DNA of 64,000 bases from an uncultured Chloroflexia bacterium (GCA_963728635.1 CAVSKR010000001.1:110116-174115); one strand, 5' to 3'. Shown: positions 20,641 through 29,806, counted from the stretch's first letter. Notes: generated from the sequence alone by a model not told the origin. A program made the numbers and translations.

Positions 20641-21296
20641 TCCGCCGTCCCATCCGATCGCACGTCTTGCTCGCGTCGGTCATCGCGATCGCCGCATGCA
20701 CCGCCTCGCCGGGCGCCTCGGCGCCGCCCGCGGCGACCCCGGCACCGTCCGTCGGCGCGGGCGGCGGAACGGACTGCCCGACCACGCAGCCCGCCGCGCT
20801 GCCTGCGGGCGAGACCCGCTCGGTGACGATCGAGACGGCCAAGGGGACCATCACCCTCGGGCTCCAGGCGGACCTCTCCCCGATCGCAGTCGGCAATTTC
20901 GTGGCGCTGGCCGAATGCGGCTTCTACGACGGCGTCGTGTTCCATCGGCTCGTGCCAGGCTTCGTGATCCAGGGCGGCGACCCCGATGGCAACGGCACGG
21001 GCGGCCCGGGGTACGCCATCGCCGACGAGCCGCTGGTCGGAAACTATCGACGGGGAACGGTCGCCATGGCGCGGACACCGGCTCCCGATTCGCAAGGCTC
21101 CCAGTTCTTCCTCGTCCTCGACGACGCGGCCGAGCCCGCATTGGCGTCCGCCGAGTTCCCCTATGCCATCCTCGGGGAAGTGACTGCGGGGATGGACGTC
21201 GTCGACGCCATCGCCGCGATGCCCAACGGCGGCGGCCAGTCGAATGCCGCGCTCGAACCGGTCGCCATGGACCGCGTCACCGTCACCGAACCCTGA
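20637..21296 (+). CDS. Cyclophilin-type peptidyl-prolyl isomerase, lipoprotein
   Basis: IAAC lipobox; FYDGVVFHRLVPGFVIQGGDP, GSQFF. Confidence 0.92.
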   Translation: MIRRPIRSHVLLASVIAIAACTASPGASAPPAATPAPSVGAGGGTDCPTTQPAALPAGETRSVTIETAKGTITLGLQADLSPIAVGNFVALAECGFYDGVVFHRLVPGFVIQGGDPDGNGTGGPGYAIADEPLVGNYRRGTVAMARTPAPDSQGSQFFLVLDDAAEPALASAEFPYAILGEVTAGMDVVDAIAAMPNGGGQSNAALEPVAMDRVTVTEP

Positions 21297-21319
21297 TCCA
21301 CAGCCGAAGGAGAACGCAC

Positions 21320-21817
21320 ATGACCAAAGCCACGATCGCGACCGACATCGGCGACATCGAAGTCGAGCTGTACGACGAGTCGGCCCCCAAAGCAGCGAAG
21401 AACTTCATCGACCTCGCCACCAAGGGCTTTTACGACGACGTGATCTTCCACCGCGTCATCCCAGGCTTCGTCATCCAGGGCGGCGACGGTCAGTACGGCA
21501 AGAAGTCGTCCCTCGAGCGTGGCCGTGTCGGGACCGGCGGCCCGGGCTACAAGTTCGAGGACGAGCCGGTCAAGGGCGACTACCAGCGCGGCTCGCTGGC
21601 CATGGCCAACTCGGGTCCCAACACCAACGGCAGCCAGTTCTTCATCTGCACCGACGACCTCGCCGGGCGGCTGCCGAAGAACTACACGCTGTTCGGGATC
21701 GTGACCAAGGGCCTGGACGTCGTCGACAAGATCGTGTCCGCCCCGCGCGACGCGCGCGACCTGCCGAACGAGCCCGTCGCGATGACGTCGGTCACGATCC
21801 ATCCCGATCAGGGCTGA
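21320..21817 (+). CDS. Cyclophilin-type peptidyl-prolyl isomerase, cytoplasmic
   Basis: AAGGAG RBS; FHRVIPGFVIQGGD, AMANSGPNTNGSQFFI. Confidence 0.95.
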   Translation: MTKATIATDIGDIEVELYDESAPKAAKNFIDLATKGFYDDVIFHRVIPGFVIQGGDGQYGKKSSLERGRVGTGGPGYKFEDEPVKGDYQRGSLAMANSGPNTNGSQFFICTDDLAGRLPKNYTLFGIVTKGLDVVDKIVSAPRDARDLPNEPVAMTSVTIHPDQG

Positions 21818-23281
21818 CCGCATCAGGGCTGACCGCCGGACCGGCACGCACCGCGTCGATCGCCGCGAGGATCGCGTCGGCTGACCGATCGGCGTCGTCC
21901 TCGCGGGTGTTCCAGCCGGACACCGAGATGCGCAACGCGGGCGTTCCGTGGAAGGTCGTGCCGCCGAGCCAGAGGACGCCGTCGGTCTGGATCCGGTCGA
22001 TGACGGCCTTCGTCGTCGCCTGGTCGCCGACCGCGACGAGCACCTGGTTCAGAACGACCTCGTTGACGATGCGGACGTCAGGATGGTTGGCCAGCCGGCG
22101 GGCGATCCGTGACGCGAGATCGCAGCCACGCTCGACCATCTCTGCGATCCCGGTCGCCCCGAGCGACCGGATCGCGGCGTAGATCGGGAACGCCCGCGCC
22201 CGGCGCGACATCTCCGGCACGTACTCGAACGGGTCACGCTCCTGACCCGGCGCCGGCGGAAGGTAGGCGGCCGCCAGCCCCATCGACGCGCGGTGGGCCG
22301 CCGAGTCGCGGACGAAGACGATTCCGGCGTCGTACGGCACGTTGAGCCACTTGTGCGCGTCGGTGCCCCACGAATCCGCGCCATCGATACCTCTGACGAG
22401 GTGGCGGAGGCGCGGGCTAGCAGCGGCCCACAGACCGAACGCGCCGTCGACGTGGAGCCAGGCGTTCGGGTGTTGACGGACGGTCGCGACGATGCGGTCG
22501 AGAGGATCGAACGCCCCGGTGTTCACGTCGCCGGCCTGGGCAGCCACGATCGTCGGCTCGTCGCGCCCACGCAGGGCATCGGCCAGCGCACCGGCGTCCA
22601 TCCGGCCCTCGTCATCGGATGCGATCGCTCGACCCGACCACGTCCGAGGCCGGTGTACCGGAGCGCATTGAGGAGCGAGACGTGGACATCGTTGCCGACC
22701 ACGACCCGGACCGGCGGCGCGCCTTGCAGGCCCTGCTCCTCGACGTCCCAGCCGGCCGCCCGGAGGACCGCATGGCGCGCAGCCGCGATGGCCGTGAAGT
22801 TGGCCATCGTCGCGCCGCTGACGAAGCCGACAGACGTTCCGTCCGGGAGCCCGAACAGCTCCACGAGCCAGTCGGCGACCACCTCCTCGACGACCGACGC
22901 GGCCGGGGTCGCGAGGTACAGGCCGACGTTCTGGTCCCAGGCCGACGTCAGCCAGTCGGCCGCCAGCGCGGCGGGCACGGAACCGCCCATGACGAACCCG
23001 AAGTAGCGCGGCCCGCTGATCGCGATCAACCCAGGGTCGACGCCGGCGGCCAGCTCGTCGATGACCGTGACGGGATCGGTGCCGTCTTGCGGCAGGGGGC
23101 CACCGAGTCGGCGGCGCAGGTCGTCGGCGGTCAGGCCGGGCTGGACCCCGACACGACGGTCCGGAAGCGATGCGCGGTAATCGATCGCCAGGTCTGCGGC
23201 GTGCCGGAGGAGGTCCGGTGTCCCGGCGTCAGGATCGGCTGGCAACGTGGTCGTCGTCGGCTCGGTGGCGTTCGTCGTCAT
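21792..23281 (-). CDS. PLP-dependent group II (aromatic amino acid-type) decarboxylase; frameshift near 22620
   Basis: GPRYFGFVMGG, SAWDQN, FVSGATMANF; WLHVDGAFG, DAHKWLNVPYD in ORF 21792-22601. Confidence 0.88.
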
Positions 23282-23358
23282 GCCCGTGAACCCTCCCGGT
23301 GAGGCCCTCCGCCCGCACGAAGGTTAAGGAATTTACACTGTTCCGTATGCCAAAACCC

Positions 23359-23387
23359 TTGGAAAACGGCCCCTCGACAGGTAGGAT
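23359..23387 (+). promoter_or_regulatory. Sigma-70 promoter for the putative sRNA
   Basis: TTGGAA-N17-TAGGAT in an AT-richer intergenic stretch. Confidence 0.6.
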
Positions 23388-23393
23388 ATAGAA

Positions 23394-23570
23394 GCTGCTC
23401 AGTCAGCCAAGCTGCCCCAGCGTCAAGGTCATGGGTAGGTAGGGTCAGGGTAGTCGGTTCAGCCGACGTGATAGATGCTCTTGGCGCGTGGCAGAAGAGT
23501 CCGCTTCGGCGGGCTCCTTCACCGGGACAGCATCGAGGCGGCTCCTTCGGGAGCCGCCTCGTGTTTTATT
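23394..23570 (+). ncRNA. Putative structured small RNA (6S-like rod with central bubble)
   Basis: Own promoter and terminator, no credible ORF; GCTG/CAGC closing stem, CTGCC/GGCAG, GCGTCAAG/CTTGGCGC, GTCGGT/GCCGAC, cUUCGg hairpin 23497-23516. Confidence 0.65.
23535..23570 (+). terminator. Intrinsic terminator
   Basis: GAGGCGGCTCC-TTCG-GGAGCCGCCTC followed by GTGTTTTATT. Confidence 0.85.
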
Positions 23571-23607
23571 CGCGGGCGCTGTCGATCCGCCCTGCCCGCT
23601 ACGACAC

Positions 23608-24192
23608 TCACTCGATCGTGAGTGTGCCTTTCATGCCGCCCTGGAAGTGCTCAGGGAACGTGCACACGAAGGTGTAGCTGCCGGGCGCAGGCGCATCGAA
23701 GGTGATCTCGTCTGAGTCGTCCCCTTCAATGAGCCTTGTCGCCGCGATGATCCCGGGGTCCTCGTCGTCCAGCCAGTCGTTGTCGTCGCCAGCGGCGATG
23801 CCGTTCGCGAGGACGCTCTCCGCCTGCCCGGGCTTGACGAGGACCCAGTTGTGACCGACCTCGTCGTCCGGGATGGTGAGGTTGTTGAACGTCAGCGTGA
23901 TGATCGCGCCGACTGGCGACGTCAACGTGTCCTGCGCGTAGTGGAATTCCTCGGCGCCCTTCGCGGTGTCGATCGAGAGGGCGACCTCGACCGGTGGTGC
24001 CGGCGTCGGCGCGCCTGACTCGACCGGCGAAGGCGACTGCGTGGAGGGCGCTGGCGTCGACGTCGGCTCGGGCGTCGGCGTCGCCGGAGGCGGCGTGATC
24101 GGCACGAGGGTCGCGCCGCTGCAGGCCCCCACCAGCACGACGCCGAGCACGAGGACCAGGACCGGCCCGACGGACCGCACGGCCGGGCGCAT
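23608..24192 (-). CDS. Blue copper lipoprotein (auracyanin/azurin/plastocyanin family)
   Basis: VGAC lipobox, Pro/Thr linker, GHNWVL and CTFPEHFQGGM type-1 Cu ligands. Confidence 0.9.
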   Translation of the reverse strand: MRPAVRSVGPVLVLVLGVVLVGACSGATLVPITPPPATPTPEPTSTPAPSTQSPSPVESGAPTPAPPVEVALSIDTAKGAEEFHYAQDTLTSPVGAIITLTFNNLTIPDDEVGHNWVLVKPGQAESVLANGIAAGDDNDWLDDEDPGIIAATRLIEGDDSDEITFDAPAPGSYTFVCTFPEHFQGGMKGTLTIE

Positions 24193-25640
24193 CAGGCTGC
24201 GGCCGGCGACTCGCTGGGGCGTCCCCGATCCCGTCGCCAGTAGCGGCGCAGCAGGAACGCCACGACGATCAGGCCGACCGGCATGCCGATGGCGACGGGC
24301 AACACTCCGCCAGGGTTGGTGTTTTGGAACGGCTGGACCGTCAAGTGGATCCCGGGGCTCGTCACTGGCAGTGTCGTCTCACCCGGCGCCCCCGGTTTCA
24401 CGATCGCGGTCATGTAGACCATGTAGTCGCCGTCGAGGATCGCTTCGACCGTCCACGACTGCTCGGCACTCTCGCCCGGGTCGATCGCGTCCACCGCCTG
24501 CGTCCGCTCCGGGGACCAGTCCTCCGGGTCGACCGGATCGCTCTTCTTCAGGTTGATGATGTTCATGGCCACGACGAGGTCGGGTGACGCCACATCGGCG
24601 GTGTTGGTGACCGTCGTCGTGAATTCGATCTCGTCGCCCGTTTTGACGACGATCGCGTCCATGTCGATCTCGAGGGCGATGGTCGGCGGGTCCCCGACAG
24701 CGGGGAACGTGACCGCGGCCGCCGACACGGTCATGCCCAGGACCCCGCCGATCGCTAGGATGGCCGCACTCGTCGCGGCCAGGCCGGCGCCCCTCGACCG
24801 GCGGAGCGAGCCGAACACGCGCGGCGACCCACCCTGCAGCTGAAGCCGCGGTGCCGCGTACAGGAACAGGATCCCGACGATGACCGACGCCGCCACGATG
24901 GAGCTCACGAGGTAGGTGTAGCGCTCGCTCGGGGCGCGGTTGTTCACGATGAACTTCTCGAGGAACTCGCTCGTCGCCTGCATCGGATCAACCTGCTGGA
25001 GCGCATAGCCGAGCCCGCCCTTCTGCGCCTGACCCGGGAACTGCGTCGGGATGAGGAACAGCAGGTAGACGAGCAGGCAGACGAAGAGGCTGGTCCGGTT
25101 GGACCGGGACCACATGCTCACGAGGACACCGAACCCCCCGAACGCCATCGCCAGCAGGGTGCCCAAGCCGAACACCCAGAGCAGGGCCGCGCCGAGGATG
25201 TCGTCGCCTTTGCCGAGGACGATGACATACGGCAGGGAAAGCACCAGCGCCACCGGCCACGGCGAGAGGGCGGCAACGAACTTGGCGAAGACGATCTGCC
25301 GTCGGCTGGCAGGTGACAGGAGCAATGGCTCGAGCGTCCCGCGTTCTCGCTCCCCGCTGATGCTGTCGGCGCCGACGACGAGGCTGAGCAGGATTCCGAA
25401 CGAGATCGCAGACAGGAGCGTCAGGAACACCATCTCCGCCGGCGGGATCAGGCTGAGCTGGCTCTCGACTTCGCGCGCGATCGCCGTCGCCGACATAAGC
25501 ACGCTGAACAGGATCAGCAGGAACAGCAGCCGTCCACCGAGCCACAGGTCGGTGAGCTCCCTGCGCAGCATCAGCCACCACGTCGCGCCAGGTCGTGAGC
25601 CCGCGATCGGCTCTGCCGGGACGTTCTCCACGCCGCTCAT
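24192..25640 (-). CDS. ABC-2/NosY-like permease fused to an extracellular Ig-like domain and C-terminal TM anchor
   Basis: DSISGERERGTLEPLLLSP...KF; then beta-rich VKTGDEIEFTTTVTN...WTVEAILDGDYMVY and final TM helix. Confidence 0.8.
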   Translation of the reverse strand: MSGVENVPAEPIAGSRPGATWWLMLRRELTDLWLGGRLLFLLILFSVLMSATAIAREVESQLSLIPPAEMVFLTLLSAISFGILLSLVVGADSISGERERGTLEPLLLSPASRRQIVFAKFVAALSPWPVALVLSLPYVIVLGKGDDILGAALLWVFGLGTLLAMAFGGFGVLVSMWSRSNRTSLFVCLLVYLLFLIPTQFPGQAQKGGLGYALQQVDPMQATSEFLEKFIVNNRAPSERYTYLVSSIVAASVIVGILFLYAAPRLQLQGGSPRVFGSLRRSRGAGLAATSAAILAIGGVLGMTVSAAAVTFPAVGDPPTIALEIDMDAIVVKTGDEIEFTTTVTNTADVASPDLVVAMNIINLKKSDPVDPEDWSPERTQAVDAIDPGESAEQSWTVEAILDGDYMVYMTAIVKPGAPGETTLPVTSPGIHLTVQPFQNTNPGGVLPVAIGMPVGLIVVAFLLRRYWRRDRGRPSESPAAA

Positions 25641-26503
25641 CCGACCCCCTCCGTTCCACCCATGCCGAACCACCTTGGCCGCGGTGCGACAGACTCGAGC
25701 CCGAGCCGCGGCGCGGCGTACAGGAACAGCACGCCGAGGATGACGAGCGTCACCGTGACCGGCGCATAGAGCAGCGGCCACAGCTCCTCGACCGGTCGCA
25801 CGTCGACGAAGCCCTTGAGCAGGAACTGGCGTGCGGCCTCGAGTGGATCGATGGTCTGGACCACAGCGCCGGCGGCGGTCGTCTGGAACTCTCCCGGGAG
25901 CTGCGCGGGAAGGAGTGCGGCGACGTAGATCAGAAGGCCGACGAAGAGGCTCGTCCGACTGCTGTTCGACCAGATGCTCACCAGCATGCCAAGACCCGTA
26001 AAAGCGACCGTGGTGAGCGTGCCCAGGATCGCTCCCCACATGACACCCGGCCACAAGGCAAGGTCGCCCTGCGACAGCGTGATCAGGTACGGGATACAGA
26101 AGGCAAACGCGAGGGGCCACGGGGACAGCGCCGCGAGGAACTTGCCGAGCACGATCTGACGACGTCCGGCCGGCGCCAGCAGGAGTGGTTCCAGGGTGGC
26201 GCGCTCACGTTCGCCACTCAAGCTCTCCGACGCGATGACGAGTCCGATGAACAAACCGAACGTGATGGCCGACTGGATCATCACGACGATCATCATCCGG
26301 GGCGGCGTGAGACTCAGCTCGCTGTTCGTCGCGAGGAGGAAGGCAGTGATCGACATGAGCACGCCGAAGAGGATGAGCAGGTTGAGCGCCTTGCCGCCGA
26401 TCCACAGATCGTCGAGCTCCTGGCGGAAGACGAGCCACCAGACCGGTCGATCGGATCGGTCGGAGGTCGGTGCCTGCGATCCAGCCGTTGCCGTCGCAGT
26501 CAT
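25637..26503 (-). CDS. ABC-2/NosY-like permease
   Basis: ESLSGERERATLEPLLLAP...GKF, six TM helices; paralog of the adjacent permease. Confidence 0.88.
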   Translation of the reverse strand: MTATATAGSQAPTSDRSDRPVWWLVFRQELDDLWIGGKALNLLILFGVLMSITAFLLATNSELSLTPPRMMIVVMIQSAITFGLFIGLVIASESLSGERERATLEPLLLAPAGRRQIVLGKFLAALSPWPLAFAFCIPYLITLSQGDLALWPGVMWGAILGTLTTVAFTGLGMLVSIWSNSSRTSLFVGLLIYVAALLPAQLPGEFQTTAAGAVVQTIDPLEAARQFLLKGFVDVRPVEELWPLLYAPVTVTLVILGVLFLYAAPRLGLESVAPRPRWFGMGGTEGVG

Positions 26504-27498
26504 GCGATGGCCTCCGCGGTGAGTTGCAGGAACACGTCCTGAAGCCGGCCGCCGGCGACCTCGAAACCGGTGATCGCGATGTCGGCGCGGATCAGCGCAT
26601 CGAGTACACGATTTCGCGCCGCCCCATCCGCCGACCCACCCGCATCGCCGATCTCGATCGTGAGCCAGCCGCTCGGATCGCGGTCGACCGTGCGCGCGAC
26701 GCCGGTGGAATCGATGGCGGAGGCTGCCGCATCGACGAGCTCGGCGGGCACGCGCGCGCGCACGATGTTCCGGGTGGTGCCGTCGGCCACCGACTTGCCA
26801 AGGACCTCGGCGACCGTGCCCTTGGCGACGATCTGACCGGCGTTCATGATCACGACGTCGTCGCAGATGCCCTCGATCTCCGCGAGGAGATGGCTGCTGA
26901 GGACGACCGCCGCATCGCGTTCGCGAGCGATCCGCCTGATCATCGAGAGGAGTTCCTGCTGGCCGCGCGGGTCGAGACCCAGCGTCGGCTCGTCGAGGAA
27001 CACGACACGCGGATCGTTGACAAGGGCCCGCGCGATCCCCAGGCGCTGGCGCATGCCATGGCTGTACGTCTCGATCAGGGATTCGCCGCGGGCCCGCATG
27101 CCGACGATGTCCACCAGGTCGAGCGCGGTCTGGCGGGCCTCGGCTCGACGCCTTCCGTAGAGCTGACCGTAGAAGGTCAGATAGTCGACGCCGCTGGTGT
27201 GGCGGGGAAAGCCGAGCCCTTCGGGTAGGACGCCGATCCGGCGGCGGATCCGGTCGGGGTGATCCGACGTGATGCCGTCGACCGCGAAGCTGCCCGACGT
27301 CGGTTCCAGGACCGTGGTCAGGACGCGGATCGCAGTCGTCTTGCCGGCGCCGTTCGGACCGAGGAACCCGAGCACCCGCCCTCGGCGCAGCGAAAACGAG
27401 AGCGACCGCAGAGCACGTCGAGGTCCATAGGATCTATGGATGTCATGGGCGACGAGGATCGGCTCCGAATCCGGGCCCGCCGAACCATCGGGCTGCAT
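26500..27498 (-). CDS. ABC transporter ATP-binding protein (DrrA/NosF-like)
   Basis: GPNGAGKTT, YSHGMRQR, FLDEPTLGLDP. Confidence 0.93.
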   Translation of the reverse strand: MQPDGSAGPDSEPILVAHDIHRSYGPRRALRSLSFSLRRGRVLGFLGPNGAGKTTAIRVLTTVLEPTSGSFAVDGITSDHPDRIRRRIGVLPEGLGFPRHTSGVDYLTFYGQLYGRRRAEARQTALDLVDIVGMRARGESLIETYSHGMRQRLGIARALVNDPRVVFLDEPTLGLDPRGQQELLSMIRRIARERDAAVVLSSHLLAEIEGICDDVVIMNAGQIVAKGTVAEVLGKSVADGTTRNIVRARVPAELVDAAASAIDSTGVARTVDRDPSGWLTIEIGDAGGSADGAARNRVLDALIRADIAITGFEVAGGRLQDVFLQLTAEAIA

Positions 27499-27574
27499 CG
27501 CGCTCCCTCCTGCGCTGGTGACGGGCAACCGTTTCGGTCGCAGACCGTGAGGCCCCCACTCGCGACCGCATCGA

Positions 27575-27602
27575 AATGTAGCAAACCACCACCGAACCAC
27601 AA
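27575..27602 (-). promoter_or_regulatory. Extended -10 plus 11-bp-period direct repeat upstream of the ABC/blue-copper operon
   Basis: Minus strand TTGTGGTT-cgg-TGGTGGTT followed by TGcTACATT. Confidence 0.45.
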
Positions 27603-27676
27603 TCACCCTGTCGAGGTCGTGGAGCCTCGGCGCACCACCACAGTCGCTTGTCGGCGTCTGCCTGTGTACATGCTAC

Positions 27677-27730
27677 TTGACGGTAGCCTGTTTCGGATGC
27701 AGGATACGTGCTACCGGTAGATAGCACGTA
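27677..27730 (+). promoter_or_regulatory. Promoter with palindromic operator (GntR/YtrA-like)
   Basis: TTGACG-N17-CAGGAT; perfect 9-bp inverted repeat TACGTGCTA-N8-TAGCACGTA (27705-27730). Confidence 0.55.
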
Positions 27731-27755
27731 CCGGCGTTCGACAGGGAGATGTCCG

Positions 27756-28163
27756 ATGGCCGTCCTCACCACTCACCGACACCGCCGTATCCAGTCCATC
27801 ACCCTCGTGATGCGGGCCATGATCATCGGCCTGACACTCGCCACGGCCGCGATCCACGCGACGCTCGGCGGCACGCTGTTCCTCATGAATGCGCTCGGGT
27901 ACACGGTGCTCGCGATCGCGCTGGTCCTGCCTGGTCCGGTTGCGCGCATCCGCTGGCTGACCCGCTGGGCACTCATCGGCTTCACGGCCGTGACGATCGG
28001 CGGCTGGCTGATGTTCGGAGCGCGATTCGATCTCGCGTATCTCGACAAGGGCATCGAAGTCGCGCTGATCGGCCTCCTGCTCCTCGAGTCGTGGATCGTC
28101 GACGCCGGTCCGCTCGGCGCGGTCCGCCGGGTGCGTCGCATCGCGGGTTCGATCCTCGCCTGA
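27756..28163 (+). CDS. Small membrane protein (about 4 TM helices)
   Basis: GGGAG RBS; LATAAIH...NALGY...YLDKGIEVALI. Confidence 0.75.
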   Translation: MAVLTTHRHRRIQSITLVMRAMIIGLTLATAAIHATLGGTLFLMNALGYTVLAIALVLPGPVARIRWLTRWALIGFTAVTIGGWLMFGARFDLAYLDKGIEVALIGLLLLESWIVDAGPLGAVRRVRRIAGSILA

Positions 28164-28180
28164 CGCGGCGGCAACCACAA

Positions 28181-28216
28181 CGAACGGCCGGCGGCCATCG
28201 GACCGCCGGCCGTTCG
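28181..28216. terminator. Strong hairpin after the membrane-protein gene
   Basis: CGAACGGCCGGCGG / CCGCCGGCCGTTCG, perfect 14-bp stem. Confidence 0.65.
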
Positions 28217-28256
28217 ACGTCCGCAACAGGGTTCCCCGGCGTCGTACACTGGCGAC

Positions 28257-28390
28257 GGCGCGCTCCCGCGCCCGACTGCCAGACCGAGCCCCCACGCGGC
28301 GCGGCGATGCGGCGGTAAAGGGGATCCGGATCCTCGGGACGAACCGGTCGACCATCCGACCGGCCGACGACGTGGCGGTGTGGGCGCGTG
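28257..28390 (+). ncRNA. Putative structured cis-regulatory 5' leader RNA
   Basis: -10 TACACT at 28245-28250; long closing stem CGCGCCC-G-ACTGCCA / TGGCGGT-GT-GGGCGCG; inner CCGAG/CTCGG, CCCC/GGGG and CCGGTCG-ACCATC-CGACCGG hairpin. Confidence 0.55.
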
Positions 28391-28419
28391 CGTCGACGGC
28401 CGTGACGGAGAACAGACCG

Positions 28420-29802
28420 ATGACCACCGACAAGGCCTTCAAGCGGGTCGTACGTGCGCGCATGGCCAAGACCGGCGAGCGATATGCCGCCGCCCGACGA
28501 ACCCTGGTCGAGGGGACCGAGAACGGTCACCGAGCTGAGCCAGCGGTGGACGCCGCCGACGCCGCCACCCCATCCGGTTATCGGATGCGCGGCGGCCTCC
28601 ATCCGGAGACGGCAACGCTGGCCAACGTCCTGGCGAATCAGAGTGTTGTCTCGGGCTTGACGGGCGAGCCCTTGACCGAGGCCGCGATCCTCGGCATCGG
28701 CGGCGGCCTTGGCGCCGGCTACATCCTCTGGGAGTTCCAGGCGGAACACCGCGGCAAGATCCACCGCGGTCCTGTCCTCACCCTCGGATTCCAGAACCAG
28801 TGGCAGTACCCGTCGATCCCCGGCTGGACGGGCAAGACGCTCGATCGGCTCGGCATCGAGCCCGACACGCACGAGACCGGCGGCGCGAGAGGCGCTCGCG
28901 AGGCGCTCGATGCCCGCCTCGAGGCGGGCTTGCCGGTCATCACCTTGGTCGATCTCCAGTCGATCGGGATCTGGGGCCAGCCCGACGACCTGGCGGGGCA
29001 CCAAGGCCTGGTCATCGTCGTCTTCGGGCGTGACGCCGATGCCTCGTACTTCGTGGATGATCGTGGCCGGAACCCGTTCCGAGTGTCACCGGCCGTGATG
29101 GCCGCCGCGCGCGGAAGGATCGGCTCGTTCAAGCACCGGATCGTCGCGCTGCGAACGCAGCCCGGACCGATCGCGGCTGAACGGCTTCGGGCAGCGATGC
29201 GCGCCGGCCTCGAGGACCAGGTGGATCACCTGCGATCCCAGTCCGACTCCTTCTCGCTCCCGGCCTGGCGCAAGTGGAGCCGTCTGATGACCGACGAGCG
29301 GAACGCCAAGGCGTGGCCGCGGGTCTTCGCCGACGGCCACGGCCTGTTCGGCTCGCTGTCGGCCCTCCACGAACTCGTCGACGGCCAGGTCGGGCCATCG
29401 GGCGGGCACTTGCGGGAGCTGTATGCCGCATCACTCGATGAAGCGGCCGTCGCGCTCGACAACCCTGCGCTCGGCGACGCGGCGCGGGCATGGCGGGGCG
29501 TCACCGACCAGTGGGAGGAGCTGGCCGACGCGGCCGTCCCGCCCGATCTCGACGGTGCAGCCGAGGCGGTCGAGGCGGTGGAGACACTTCACGAGGCGGT
29601 GATGGCGGGCGAACAGGGTCGGTCGCGTGTGGCCGCATCCGCGGAGACCGCGTGGGCGATCCGGGATCGTTACGCCGACGCCTTCCCCCTGCCTCCGGAC
29701 CGCATCGCGGCGATCCTGGAGGATCTCGGCGACCGGATCGGCGCGATCCACCAGGCCGAGGTCGACGCGCTCGACGTGACCGCCCGGGCAATCGGCAGAT
29801 GA
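28420..29802 (+). CDS. BtrH N-terminal/DUF4872-like papain-fold protein with basic N-terminal extension
   Basis: MTTDKAFKRVVRARMAKTGERYAAARR; GLHPETATLANVL, LTEAAILGIGGGLG, GGHLRELYAASLDEA. Confidence 0.8.
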   Translation: MTTDKAFKRVVRARMAKTGERYAAARRTLVEGTENGHRAEPAVDAADAATPSGYRMRGGLHPETATLANVLANQSVVSGLTGEPLTEAAILGIGGGLGAGYILWEFQAEHRGKIHRGPVLTLGFQNQWQYPSIPGWTGKTLDRLGIEPDTHETGGARGAREALDARLEAGLPVITLVDLQSIGIWGQPDDLAGHQGLVIVVFGRDADASYFVDDRGRNPFRVSPAVMAAARGRIGSFKHRIVALRTQPGPIAAERLRAAMRAGLEDQVDHLRSQSDSFSLPAWRKWSRLMTDERNAKAWPRVFADGHGLFGSLSALHELVDGQVGPSGGHLRELYAASLDEAAVALDNPALGDAARAWRGVTDQWEELADAAVPPDLDGAAEAVEAVETLHEAVMAGEQGRSRVAASAETAWAIRDRYADAFPLPPDRIAAILEDLGDRIGAIHQAEVDALDVTARAIGR

Positions 29803-29806
29803 GGTC

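Noticed and set aside
18252-21095. Very long antisense ORFs (947 aa here; also 44888-46825 and 35702-37234)
   Set aside because: Shadow or alternative-frame ORFs expected at ~70% GC over real genes; no recognisable motifs.
23433-23453. G-quadruplex in the sRNA apical region
   Set aside because: Only three GGG tracts plus one GG; cannot be supported beyond a weak two-tier structure.
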